A DNA stretch of 63,929 bases, filler included, from Hausera hauseri (taxonomy: Eukaryota): NCBI GenBank assembly GCA_046269625.1. It is 13 parts of 13 records of this genome, joined end to end, with 100 filler letters (N's around TTAATTAATTAA, not from the genome) between each part and the next. Parts side by side here need not be neighbours in the genome. Positions count along the whole stretch, not along the records: positions 34,392 to 39,357 come from JBJURY010375591.1; positions 39,458 to 44,739 come from JBJURY010291614.1; positions 44,840 to 49,199 come from JBJURY010618553.1; positions 49,300 to 55,048 come from JBJURY010195637.1; 9 more parts are not named here. The stretch is one strand, 5' to 3'. The notes beneath the pieces are model-generated. The model saw only the letters and a list, made by a program, of their open reading frames with translations. It was not told where the DNA came from and searched no databases. The translations under genes were made by a program, and so were the position numbers. This document shows, one piece after another, positions 36,939 to 50,179 of this stretch; position 1 is the first letter of the stretch; every line of letters starts with the position of its first letter.

Positions 36939-38154
36939 TTATACAATGACGGTTCCGTTTTTCGTTATTTCAACATCCGCATCAAATACACCGTAAATGT
37001 ATATCACGGTAGATTGCTCCAACGCTTTAACAAAGTCAACCTCCAGTCGTAGGTTTTCCTGCTGAGGTAGTTGAGTCTGTTCAACGTCATAATCCGGAGC
37101 CAGGACAAAAGTGAAGAATGGGTAGGTGGACTTAACCAAATCCATCGATATGCCATTGTTGATGTTTTTGTTCAGCAAACCCATGTTGCGCCCAATAGAT
37201 TGCATATGTGCAAACAATCATTAAACTCAAAGTCTTGTTTGTACATCTCAACGAAATCCGCATTCCGACCCAAACTTATGTAATTCACATTGCTATGGGT
37301 AAACGTTTCCGAATCGGTGGTATAACTGCCCGTTTGTTGAACAGTCGTTTACAATGTAACGAGCACAAATTTTGGCAATCGGATGTCGCCAAACAGTACA
37401 TCTTTATTAAACATAGTTGAAACTTTGGGTATGGTGTAAAAGACGAGTTCTGTGCGTTATATCGGGTAACATGCATTTTGCGTTTCCAAGCCCAATTGGT
37501 GTCCCATGAGCACAGATGGTTCTACCTTTACACGAGGTACGTATAATCGTGCCTCGGTAATTTTCAGTATGGGGTTAAGATTTGCAACTGCAGTTTTCAA
37601 ACAAGACTCGCTGCGTTTGAGCCGAATCATGGCCTTAACACCGGGCAATAGGTATGTCGGCTGACCGAAAGTCAAAGTACAGCGGTCCACACATTTTAAG
37701 TGCTTTTGATTCTGCCACTCGTCTGATGGTTTGCTGCATTGGTGTCAAATCGGATGGTTTTCGTCAAATGAGTCGTTTTCGTGTCAGTACTATAATTCAG
37801 GGCCGTTTCAATGAGTGCTTTGATACTGTATAAACTGGTATTGCCTTTGATTTTGACGCTGTTTAGAGTCAGTGAAGCCTCCTGGAACAGTGAGAGGAAA
37901 AGGTAATTGGTTGGTGTGACAGTGTCTGTTGGAGCGAGAACCGTTGATGCATCCTTTTTAACAATGACTTTTACATGGAGTAGCGTATTGTTCAAATCCA
38001 GGTATTTATTGTCCGATGTTATAATGTTGAATTGAATGTCTGTTATCATCCGTTGAAACCGAATCAACGGGTAGATTTCTTCAAATGCCTCATTGTCAAT
38101 AACGTGTGGCGCGCCTTTGTCAAATATACACAATTCAGATTTTGCAGATGCCAT
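36939..38154 (-). pseudogene. Polinton major capsid protein (PY, double jelly roll), frameshifted
   Basis: KSELCIF...EEIYPL...IQFNI...YLDLNNTLLHVKV...PTNYLFLSLF...IETALNYS; QPTYLLPGV..MIRLKRS...ARLYVPRVKVEP...YPI; FFTFVLAPD...NLRLEVDF...YGVFD. Confidence 0.92.
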
Positions 38155-38177
38155 TTGTCTACAAATCAATCAATTAA

Positions 38178-38498
38178 TCAATCGAAAATCATACGACGAC
38201 GACGTTTGTTTGTAGTTGATGAGCTCGATGATGCTGTATGGTGTTTTCCCATCAAATCACTGCTAGCGAATTGTTTTTTGACTGATTCAACGACTCCCGG
38301 TGCAGCGCTTTTTATTTCCGACAACAGGTACGTCCTGTGCTGTTTTTGCCGCCACGGCTCCAATACGCTTCAACATCGGAAAGGCTAAACGTGCCAATAT
38401 ACGCAACCATCAAGAGCCATACTGTTTACCAACGAAATAGGCAGTTCACCGCCTTGCCGGGGTTTACTGTAAATTGAAACGATTTCAGAATCAATCAT
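38178..38498 (-). pseudogene. Polinton small basic core-like protein (pVII-like), frameshifted
   Basis: MIDSEIVSIYSKPRQGGELP/YFVGKQYGS*WLRILARLAFPMLKRIGAVAAK...KRRRRMIFD; lies between penton and MCP. Confidence 0.7.
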
Positions 38499-38531
38499 GT
38501 TGTTGTTCTAGGATTCGACGGAAATGAAACG

Positions 38532-39357
38532 TTAGACTGGTTGTGGTACCGTACGGAAATTCAATAAGGTAGATCGTGTAACATCGAATATTCACTTGAA
38601 CATTGTTTATAGATGTAGATGCCACAGGTAGGTGACATTGTCGCTAGCAGTATACTTGCTGCTTTCCGGATAAATTGCACGGAGTAACGGTACACGTACT
38701 CCATCGACCAAAATCGGTTCGGTGACGTTCACGTAAATGTACATTTGACTTAGACTAGTTTTCAGTTTGGGTTTAAGTGTTACATGTGCTGCCGCCGCCG
38801 ACGATGCCTCAAACCGCTGTTTTTCAAAACCCTATACCATGGCCAAAGCTTTGTCCAATGAAATGTCGACAATATCCTTAGCCGTTCAAATTTAATATAA
38901 CAATTTGCATCTGACTCGAAAACTGTAAAAATCTTGTACTTTTGATTTGAAGAAGTGTTGACAGAGATGTGCTACAGATTCGTAATAGACATGGTCTCCA
39001 ATCGATGCGTATGACGTTGGCACCCTTTCTGCTGTATAGGTAAATTTCACCGTTGTCTGGTAATATACGGGACTCAATCTTGGACCAACTACATATTCAC
39101 TTTTATTATGTTTACATTTGTACTCTGTATTTTTGAATCCAAATTTCTGCGCCATCTCAGAGGACTCAAAGGTAAATTCAAAATCTGCCATAAAATGTAA
39201 GTTTTCTAAAATAAAAACACCGATTTTGCCGTGTGAACCGTAATTTGCTTCGGTCGTGCAAATGGCCGATTCTCCAACTATTATTTTATTGTTAGTAAGT
39301 GTCAGAGGACAAGAATGTGTTTTGGTTTCAGTAACAGTCTTGTTGTACGTTATTTTC
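38532..39357 (-). pseudogene. Polinton minor capsid/penton (PX), 3' part
   Basis: QMYIYVNVTEPILVDGVRVPLLRAI and terminal LNFR motifs, directly upstream of core and MCP. Confidence 0.75.
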
Positions 39358-39874
39358 NNNNNNNNNNNNNNNNNNNNNNNNNNNNNNNNNNNNNNNNNNN
39401 NTTAATTAATTAANNNNNNNNNNNNNNNNNNNNNNNNNNNNNNNNNNNNNNNNNNNNTTTCTGTTTCCAGTATAATCTGTTGTTTTCGGTTGACTTCTTG
39501 TTCATAATTTGTTGCCTATATAGAAATATTAATAGTTATTGACGAATTTCAATTCATCATAGCATGTTTCTCTATTAGATTACATTTCCTGAAAATCACC
39601 CAACACGTACTACGTACCATGTTTCAATCATACACTGTGTTTCGAAAAGAATTGCTTACAAAGAGCACAAACGGTAGGTCGAATATTAGATTGGTACTTT
39701 TGTATCGGTCCAACATCAAAAAAGCGCTATAAATATTAACTGGAGAAAAGGAACAAAAAATTATTCCATGGTTCAAAATTCTTAAACAGAATGGGAGATA
39801 CTTAAACAAGTGCGAAACTAAGAAGCTAATGCAGTTCTAGATCATTAAAAAACGTATTAAAAATGTACGAATAA

Positions 39875-42562
39875 TTATACGTCACGAGTCTTTTGTAGAT
39901 TATTAATTACGATTGTATTCTTTACGCACATTATATGGAAATTTACCAGAATTTTATATTTTTCCATCTCGTTAAATATTTCTCGGTTCTGAACAGCCAT
40001 TTCTTGAGCATGCTGGGTTTCTTTCGATAAAGCAATGTTCAGTTTTTTCATTTTGAGAATAGCAGTATCATATTGTTCTTTAAATTTCTTCAATTCATCC
40101 AACTGGCACTGGACATTATCCAGAACGAAGATCTGTTTTTCAAGCTTTTCTTTTTGCGCCCGGGTAGAGTCAAATTCAGTTAGAGATTTCTGCCAATCCG
40201 TATGGAGTGATTTGTATTTATTCGTCAATGTTTGGGTCTCTGAGTCTTTATCGAGAACTGCTCTTTCCAATCGAACCTTTTTTTCTCTAATACTTTCAAT
40301 TTCCTTATGCTGATTCTCATTCAATATCCGCAAACGATCAATTGATTTAATTTGCTGTTGTTCGTTGTCATGACAAGTAATCAACTCCACTAAATGAGCA
40401 TTATTCAACATCTGTTCTCGTTCGTCAAATATTCTAACTTTTTACTCCAATTCTTTTAATTGATTCTCCAGTTTCTCTCGTTCGCCATCCGAACATTTCA
40501 GTGTTATATAGTCGTTGGATTTGCTCATTTAAACATTCAATTGATGTCAGGTACTTTTTAATTTCAACATCAGTCGATTCTTTCAGTTCGATCAAACACT
40601 TTTCCGTTTCACTTTTGCTCGATTTGGAATCATTCAATTTGGTTTAAAGACTGTTGTTTGAACATTTTAAATTGGCCACATTTTTGTTGATTTTCTAATT
40701 CGATTCGAAGTCTTACTTTCGGAGAATGAATCACATAACTGTTGTTGGCACGTATTCATATCCATCTCAATTCGGATAAATTTATCACCGAGTTGCTGCA
40801 GTCGCTTTGCCATATTTTTCTCTTCGGTATTTTTCCGTTTAAGTTGTGCACCAAGTTCTGATATTCTCTTCTCCTTCGTTTCCAGCGTAATTTGACAAGA
40901 ATCCAGTTTACTCAACAAATTCTCGCAATCTTTTTCTTTACTTTTCAACTTAGTTTCACAATCGGATAGTTTCTGATTATGAGTTTTTTTATCTTTCACC
41001 AATTTCATCTCGTTTTTCACTTGCCCGTCATCTAATAGTGCACTGGAATATTGATTACGTAAATTTTCGTTTTCATCAGACGGATAGTTCATTTGTTTAC
41101 GTAAGATCCCACTATCATCTTTTCCCAACAAATTCTTGTTTATTCTATCAATAATGTTATCTGTTTCAGCAATTTCATGTTCAAACGAATCTCGACGTTC
41201 AATTTCAATTTCTACTTTACCAATAGCTTCCGAAATTTGTTGAATTTTACGTGTATAACACGATGCATTTGATTCCAATTCGGATAATTTCAAATGAATA
41301 AATCCGACTTTCTCGTCGTATTTTATTGCGGCATGTGAAATCAATTCTCTGAAATCGGCATTCTCATCGCGAATTTCAAATCGTTCTCGAATGAACTCAA
41401 CAAATTCCGATGTAACAAACTGTTGCACTGAATAATCATTCCACCGCAATCATTTCGTTCATAATCTAACAAAGCCGAACACAACTTTTCGATTTCGATT
41501 AATTTCTCTTCGACATCTTTATCACGAATTTGTCGATAGTCTTCAACACCCCATTCGGCTTCTCGACATTCTTCAACTAAATACGTTTCTTTCTCTTCGT
41601 GTCTCTGTCGCCAATCCATTAAATCACTCTGTAATTGATCTCGCTCTTTTTCCAATGCCCGAGAAATATTTCGACTGTCTTCAATCATCTGTTCAAGTCG
41701 CTTAATTTGGTCATCTTTCACCATTAATAAATCGTTCGTTTTTTTTAAATTCGAATGTAAACTTACGTTTTTGTCTTTCTGTTTTTCAACGATACTTTCT
41801 AAATTTTTTACCAATTCCACCCTGAAGAACATTTTTCGACTCAATTTGTAATAACAATAAATCGGCTAATTCGTTTGAAAATGAAGAGATTTTTGACAAT
41901 CGATTAAAAATCTACAGAAACATTGACAGAATAATTACGTTTCATTAATTTTTGACACTTCAAACAGATGATAAGGTAGAGAGAATAAGCATATTTTCGT
42001 CTCGTCAATTAGAAAATAATCCGGCAACTTATTCTCATCAGAATTGACTTTGGCCAATTTATTCTTTAATCCTTCAATTTCAATTGTCAGACGATTGTCT
42101 TTCTCTTTTCTTACGGACAGAATTTGAAATCACATTTAAATCCATAGTTCCATCAATAGACAAACTCAAATCAACATAAGAATCATTCGTATCAATAGAA
42201 ACAATGCCAGATACTAATGATTCCAATTCATTTATTCGTTTGGATAAATTGTCCACAGTAACATTTTTGCTATTATTTGACTCCTGTAAACAACCAATAT
42301 TTTCCGATAATTCAATTTGTCTATCATAGGCGATTTTACAATTATCAACCTTTTCATGGAGCATATGTAGCTGTTTTTCATAGTACGGACTACATTCCTT
42401 TTTAACAATAGGTCGTTCTGAGGGTGGATCGAGCATGTACATCGTTTTGAAATATCCTATTATGTTCAATAATGTTTTGAGTGAATGTAAAATAACAGCG
42501 GTTGATCGATTCAGAAATTCATTAAACGCATCGTAAAATCTACCATAATTGAACAAGAGAAA
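39875..42562 (-). pseudogene. Long coiled-coil protein coding region, broken by frameshifts and stops
   Basis: Consecutive E/K/L/Q-rich heptad ORFs: 42080.., 41341-41844, 40667-41449, 40434-40637, 39875-40411. Confidence 0.7.
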
Positions 42563-44739
42563 ATTGGAAGCAATGCAGCTGCATTGACCCGCATCGTCAG
42601 GCGTAATATCCATTATTGTTAAATAATAGTTTGGAAAATCATTTATTATTTTCATTCGTTTTCTTGAGTCTTTTTGACTAAGTGTTTCCCCATTCCGTGT
42701 CCATAGGATTTTTGGTTCAGGTTCAGTGACAAGTCTACAATTAAATCGAATACTGTCGCCTGAGCATAAGTTAGCAGGTTTCGGCTTTTTGATGAACATC
42801 GGTGCAATGCAGCAGGATTCTTCCAATTGGTCTAATGAAACTTGGCTGGATGGAATAGCACTCGCTTGTTTTATATGAAGTCTACCGTCACTCTTTACGT
42901 AGCCCATATCGTTCGCCACTTTAATTGAATACTTTCCAACATGTTTTATTGAAACAGACGGAATTGTTAGCGCGAAGAAAGTCTCATGTGACCACTGAAT
43001 AAATTCCGAATCTTCTATCGGTATTTCTTGATCTTCAAAGTACCAAACCGATTTGGTAACACCACACTTTTCAATTTCATTTTCAAATTTACGAGTCATC
43101 TTCCTTTTCTATAGTTATATCTCGTAATGGATTGACCATTCTTGGTGATATTAAACACTGAAATATATCTTTCGATTGGACCTTAACAATTCTTTCTCTG
43201 ACATGAACATCAATATCGACAGTCTCATTATCTACTTGAATAGAATATGTACCACAATCCTTTAGTTGAATATTTGACAATAACAAATTATAACATTTCG
43301 GTTGCGTTACTAATGTCAAATTCGATTGATCTTCATTAATAGGCACACCATCTCGTAGCCATATTGGTTTACCAAGGGAATTAGTAGGAATTTCTGTTGA
43401 CACAGATAATTGTAATTCTTCGCCTTCAACAAGATCTACTTCTTCCACAGTACATGATAATAAGTTCCATTTCTTTCCATCTTCCTTCTCGTCTTCAATA
43501 AATGATACCATAACATCAATCGAATTCTTTTCACCATTTTCATTCACTACATTGCAGGTATACATACCTTTATGTAAGTTAGGAATAATATTTTCGATAT
43601 ATAAATCGGTAAAAGAACTCTCTGGATTATACGGACCTTCACATAATTTTCCATTATGTAACCATTCGATCGTGGGATTTTTGGGATTAATAATCTCTAC
43701 GGTAATTATCAAAGGTTTAGCCGACGATGCTTTGATATTTGTCGAAGAAACAATCAGCTTCAACACGTCATCATGGTCTTTTTCTGAAGACTGTTCAGAA
43801 ACATTCGATTCAACTGTCAGAACAAACTCCACAACACGAGATGATTTGTCGCTAACGTACATACAACATTTATACACTGGGCTATCATTGAGTTCCGCAG
43901 TATCCTTTTGAAAAATAAATGTACCGTCAACAAAACTTGACTTAAATTTAAAATTTGTGTCTACCAGTTTGTTGTCAATTGACCATAAGGCATGAGTTTC
44001 CTGTGGTTTTGCAGAAACGTTTAAACACAGTTTTTGCCCTTCTTTAACCGTTACGACAACTGTCTCAATTGATGCCGTTTCCATAGCTTTTGATTGAATA
44101 TCTAAGGTAGTTTTTGCATAGAGGACGTTTCCATTTTTACATTCAATTTTGCACTCATATATCCCTTTGCGTTTCGCACTGCAGTTGAAAATTTTAAGTT
44201 CAGCAATACGCCCATTTTCTACAATATCTGTAATAATTTCACGAGACATTTCAAGTATTTCAGAATTATACCACCAGGTAATGCTGAAGTGAGTGAGAGG
44301 ACACTGGACAAAAGCTCTTAAAATAACCGATTCACCTTCTTTAACGGAGTAGAGCTCTTTTTCGAACTTGATACTACCTTTTGCCGAATCATTGATTCCA
44401 ACTACTTTAATCTGAATTCCAACTTCCACAGATAATTCCTTATTAACAAAACCCTTGCACAGGTAAGAACCCTCATCTTGTTTGACTATTTTATCTATCA
44501 ATAACATTGAAATGTTGTTGTTAAATTTTTCAATCATTCTAATATCTCGAATTAGCTTTTCATCATCGGCGGTTTTCATCGTCCACTTAATATCCTTTTC
44601 CAAAAATCCCTCAACTTCCACACATAACGTCACGCAATCGCCTTCTGACGCAACTATGTTACTTTCTAAAGGATATAAATTTCTTTTAATTTTTTTGACG
44701 TTCAAAAAACATTTTCCCAAAACGGCGGCTAATCCAGAT
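42563..44739 (-). pseudogene. Titin/obscurin-like tandem I-set immunoglobulin domains (~7), frameshift near 43095
   Basis: Repeated V.EG..V.L.C / W..NG / D.G.Y.C patterns: DEGSYLC, KGIYEC, KGMYTC, DCGTYSI, VGKYSIKVAN, APMFIKKP...PEPKILWTRNG...DAGQCSCIASN. Confidence 0.85.
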
Positions 44740-45049
44740 NNNNNNNNNNNNNNNNNNNNNNNNNNNNNNNNNNNNNNNNNNNNTTAATTAATTAANNNNN
44801 NNNNNNNNNNNNNNNNNNNNNNNNNNNNNNNNNNNNNNNGTTTCAATTCATCCCTCCACACGCTCAAGCTAACTTCCACTCTGCTGTAAGAAAGATGGTG
44901 GGATGGAGGTTTTGATCGCTAAAGAAGGATGGGAGTGGGAGCTCTCCGTCTCTCCTGCTGCCTTTTTTCACATCCCAACCGCACTCTCAGGTGTGTAAAC
45001 TTTACCACGTTTGGCTCCATGCAACAGGAACCACAAGGGGCTACAGTGC

Positions 45050-45662
45050 TGTTGTGTGGCAGTAGAGTAAGAAACAAAGATCCAAATACATTTTAGATTT
45101 TGGCCAGATTTCTGTAAATAGTAGGATCTCTGTTTATTTGTAGCTTTTGTTCACCCATTGAATTGTCGTTAAAGAAACGCTGGATGATTGAGTCTATTGA
45201 AGGTTCTGTAACTTTGAGAAATGTATTACAAAGTTGTGTGTAAGGATCAGAATGTAGAAAATATCGAGAAGATTATGGATGTTTTTATGGAGTTTGGAAG
45301 TAAGAGGAGTAAATTATTTGCTTTTGCCAAGGATTCATTAATACCACAATACCGAATCCATAGTTGGTGGAATTGTAACCACGTTTTACAGGAATTTTGA
45401 TTGGCAATGAAATATTCGGTGCATTGAAACAGTACAAAAGGACTAAGAGGTAAAGAAAACAAAGGATGTTTGTTTTGCCAGATAAGCTACTCTTTTGAAC
45501 AGACGTGCCAGTAGTTTCATCCGTTGTGTCCATGGTGAGAAGCGGCTGCGTGCCACCACAAATTCTGGAATGAATGTGATAGCCGACCTTAAATGATGAA
45601 GTTAGAATTCCGAAAGTAGGAAGTGTAGATCCGTTATTGGTAATGTAAAAATCTGTTATCAA
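45050..45662 (-). pseudogene. Degraded Gypsy gag/protease-like remnant
   Basis: TNNGSTLPTFG (protease-adjacent motif) and KTWLQF..LW...GI....K....LLLLP (gag-like). Confidence 0.3.
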
Positions 45663-48600
45663 TAAATGCCGTTTGACTTTGAGACTCTAATAACATTGTT
45701 TCAATCGTTTAAACATTGTACATAATTATTATTAAATAAACATTATTTACCTTTATCTTGTATTTCATGTCGAACCCTTGATTCGGGTGTCTCTATAGTG
45801 CTGTTTTGTGTACCATCAGTGTTAACCAATTATGCGGCTGTTTAGTAGATTAACAATAATAAATTAATAATATCATTTCGGAAAGCACTTTGAATACTCA
45901 CATTTACAGTTATATTATAATTAGGAAATAATCACAAATTAGAATACAATTTTGTAGAAATCACTACCGAATTTAAATTATTAAGGTAGAACAAAGAAAT
46001 CTACGAATTATCCGATTTAATAAATCAAAAGTCAATATTTAAAATCTTCATCATTGAATTGACAGAGACTCCGGTATGGATCTAATGTGATTTATGAAAT
46101 CGATACTGTAAATATTTGTAATTACAACATTGAATTTGTGATTTGTGAAGTCATTTCGGTACTGAATTGACGGGTTTAATTTACAATATGAAATCAATAT
46201 TTGAAATGTCGGCAGCAGTGTTTTGTGAAATCATTAAGTAAATTAATAAATCAAGAACATAGTTCTGCAAGGAGTATAAAAACTCGAATGGGAATTAACA
46301 AAAACACAAATTTGAACAAAACAAGTTAACGATCAACAAATTAACGACAATATCCTTTACGAAGAGTACACTTGCCGATTGGTAAGTGTTATTGGTATAG
46401 TGGACCTATTATCATTATCCTACAGTTGATAGAATAAACGCCAACACAATTGCTGCATATCGATAGACTTTTGGAACTCGTTGCTTGTTACAAGAGCTGC
46501 AGCCAATCTAAGTGGATATCGAACTGAAGAATTGATAAATATTACTAAGGACATTTATAATCGGAAACAGTATCATCAGAAGTTTAACATATGGAGGAAC
46601 AACGAAATACCCAACTAGAACTACAAAATGAAGTAAATAGTAGTTGGTTTGTACAATTTTGTTTTGTGCATTAAATATTGGAAAGGTAGGAATAAATAAT
46701 AAAATAACTTTGCCGCTACAGTTTTTGTACAACTTTGTTCATATAATAAATGTTGGCTTCGTATAATACTCAGAACCATCTCGGACAATAGATTGGTCAC
46801 CATAACTGGCGATCTGACGACAGAGATGGATGATTGTCATAAAGAATTACCCTGTATTTATAATTTAGTGTACATACGAATACTCAGGAGAAATTATACG
46901 TCGAGAACGCCATAGATGAATAACCCGCGGCTTATTAACCTAAGTAGACGGTTTAAGAAGTGAACCTACTCTGTCATGATGACGTTTACGATAAATTGGT
47001 TCGAAAGGGTTACGCCATTATGATCATGTGGTTATCGTAGTGTTGGCAGAAAATATTTACGTTAATTGGAGTCGATTCAAATTGATAGTGAAATAATTGT
47101 TATGAAAGTCTGATATCGAGTTTGTGTGAGGAAAGACCGAATTAACTTGCATTTTAGATTGAGGTTAACAAGTAATCCACATATGAAGAAAAGACAGAAT
47201 GGAAAGTTGAAGTTATGGTTGGAGATCCACAGGAATTGACGATATTAGTGTAAAGTAAGCGGATCCATAGAATCAAAGTCGATTAACTGTCACTGGACCC
47301 AGTAACAATGGACATCGGTCACTGCCTCTGATATCGTTTGGGGCGTAGTATAAAGATACAATTACAATGGGTTGAGGAGTAGTTGCTTATCCTGTGTAAA
47401 TGTAAAATAATTATGATTTGGTAATATTATAAACGCATATTTTTATCGTGCTGATAGCCGGATACTTTTATTATTATTTATGTAAATGAGTAGGTGAGCA
47501 CGTTTCCCATAGTAAAGCAAAATTATAAAGGAAGATAAATTGATATCCATTAATAGAGGATATCCATCATGGTTTATTTTATCCATTACAACAAAGGATC
47601 CTATAGAGTAGAACTTTATTCAAACGAAGTTATAAATATTAACGAATACATGAATGAAATTCAATTTGTGGAAGAATGGCGTTAAAGTAGCACAACATTT
47701 TACATTAAATGATTAATAGATTCTTAATCTTTGCGGAGTGCCTTAATAATAGGTTAATGATACTATAAAGCAGCTGTTTGTTGCGACATATCTTAAAGGG
47801 TTCAAAGAAAGAGGGTCAGTCTCTTTCACGAAGGTTAATTATGAAGAAGAGGGGAATTATACCTTATGATAGTAATAATGAGGATTTATTATTATCCCCT
47901 TATGTCTGTAACAATAATGACATCCTTATTTGTGATTGTATTTTCGGAATAAGTGCGTAAAGAAACGGACTTAGATTACAAGAAATGGATTTAGGTCCGA
48001 TACCTAGAATCATACACCGTAAAATATCGACACATCATCGAGTGCCAAAATAAAACCTTGTTGTGGAACTGATGGTAAAGGTATATTTAAATGTAGTCTT
48101 GATAGAGAACACTATAGAATTATATACAATTCAACAATCGAGCGAGGGTTTAAAACAATCGTATTCTGACAAAGTTATTTATGTATGTATAGTATGACGA
48201 AATTATACAAGTAGCGATATACAAGCCATTCGATAATTTGATTCTGAAGAAGACACTAGTTTCTCAGGATAGACTAATTCTCCTAACGACACTATATGCA
48301 GCCTACTACTATTATATGTTTACATAAAATAAATGTTGGGTGTTTGATTACACACGACCCCGGTGCTAACAGAACTATTAAATCTAAATTAGCTCTAAAA
48401 TAGTCAAAGGGGCGGACAACATCAGATTTATACACGCCCATAAAATGACTCTAACAAGGTGAAAATGTCAAAATGTTTAGTGTGATTGAAGACTAGAAGT
48501 AATTTCATCATATAAGTTATGAAAAGTCTGGATATGATCCTCAATACTATCACCTGGCGCTTGGCATACCGTATAAATCTATCATATTTTATAAGGACCA

Positions 48601-49299
48601 CGAGACCTACGTCGTTTCACTTTCATATCATCCGCTATTTCATCAGCGGTATTCGCATCGTTGCGTTTAAGACCAAAAGTATAAGCAACAGTACCATTTG
48701 CTTGCGAAGAAGTCTTACAAAATAAAACTAAATAAACAAGAAAAGCATATATAATCATGACGAGTAATAGCCTTATAGGCAACATCATTCGTTTTATTAA
48801 AATCAGATGCATGAACATTATTGTTCAGATTATATTTCCGTTCCTTATGTGTTTCCTCAGCAGCACTGTCGTCAATAAATACCTTAACAGCGTGGTTAAT
48901 CAGTTTCTTACGCCCATTTTAAATTTTGCAATGAAATTAGATGAATTATTAAAACAAATTTCTTTATTAAATAGCTTTATTAAAAACACACGGGATTTGT
49001 TTAAATTTTAGTCATCAGGTGATGTCTTTATTAACCTTTTTTCATATAGCATAAATATTGAGCATCGATTCTCTCGATGGTGGTTCGTTAATACGTAGTG
49101 TGTAGGTTACCCTGCTCAACATTCTGCATTCTTATTGGACAATTACTAGATATAGTATAATAATAATATAATATAGTATAATATTGTAATTAATCAATTN
49201 NNNNNNNNNNNNNNNNNNNNNNNNNNNNNNNNNNNNNNNNNNNTTAATTAATTAANNNNNNNNNNNNNNNNNNNNNNNNNNNNNNNNNNNNNNNNNNNN

Positions 49300-49532
49300 A
49301 TAAAAATCGTAACAACGGCATAACGATGGATGATTTCAAAAAGAAATACCCGTTTTTCACCTTTCTTCGGGCTATAGATTTTGATATTGAACAGACTCAG
49401 CTTCCAAAAACCGGTAATCTCAAATTGGACGGCCGGTTCCACAAAGAGTTGGCTGAATCCATCAGCATGTATGTATACGGTATATTTGATTCAACAGTGA
49501 AAATAACCAACATTAGTCAAATTATTGTATAA
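49300..49532 (+). pseudogene. Polinton major capsid protein C-terminus (second, divergent family)
   Basis: YPFFTFLRAIDFDIEQTQLPKTGNLKLDGRF...YVYGIFDSTVKIT aligns with the 36939-37217 product YPFFTFVLAPDYDVEQTQLPQQENLRLEVDF...YIYGVFDADVEIT. Confidence 0.9.
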
Positions 49533-49558
49533 ACAGGAATATATATAATCAGCTTTAT

Positions 49559-49762
49559 ATGAAGTAATCACATAATCTATCATGTTAAATTATTATTAGT
49601 TGCAGTACATTTCAGATTGAACGGCAACTAACTCATTTACTCGGACTTGCGAATTTTAAAGGTGTTTATGCATTGGAACATCATCCGGATTACTTGACGC
49701 AAGGAGCATATGTTGTATACACACATACATCAAATTTACCAGGAGAGCATTAGATTGCAATA
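49559..49762 (+). pseudogene. Polinton adenain protease N-terminal part with a predicted 42-nt intron at 49564-49605
   Basis: Spliced: MN|TFQIERQL...NFKGVYALEHHP...AYVVYTHTSNLPGEH*IAI; the C-terminal half is deleted. Confidence 0.85.
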
Positions 49763-50179
49763 TGTTTCATCGATTTTGAGGCTCTCTATCATAATGATGG
49801 ACAATATATTGTGAAAGTGATGTGTATTATGAATGTTGACAATATGTTTTATCCGCTGCATTATGTTTTCAAACCGATATTGACGTGGAATAATTTGGTA
49901 AAAAGGCACAAAACATAAATTTGTATCTAATGAGTCATCGGGTTAAACTGGCTTGGGAAGATGGATGTATTGGATGATGTATCTTATTTTATTAATATGA
50001 AAAAAACACTGTTTTATGTGAAAGACCACACCAATGGACAGAAAATCAACACACTTAAATCGTATTTTCCATCATTACGAATTGCGAACTATTTTGCACA
50101 TGAGTTGAAGACAATACCAGATAATATTTTATGTCCATATACCGATCATGGATCAAAATGTGCCTATAAAAATGTTTAG
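49763..50179 (+). pseudogene. Polinton-associated DEDD-exonuclease-like gene remnant
   Basis: FIDFEAL...YIVK.MCI...HYVFKP...W..L; LAWEDG; FYVK...QKINTL; CPYTDHGSKCAYKNV. Confidence 0.6.

Noticed and set aside
46300-48300. Traces of Gypsy RT (KRQNGKLKLWL)
   Set aside because: Too degraded to delimit confidently.
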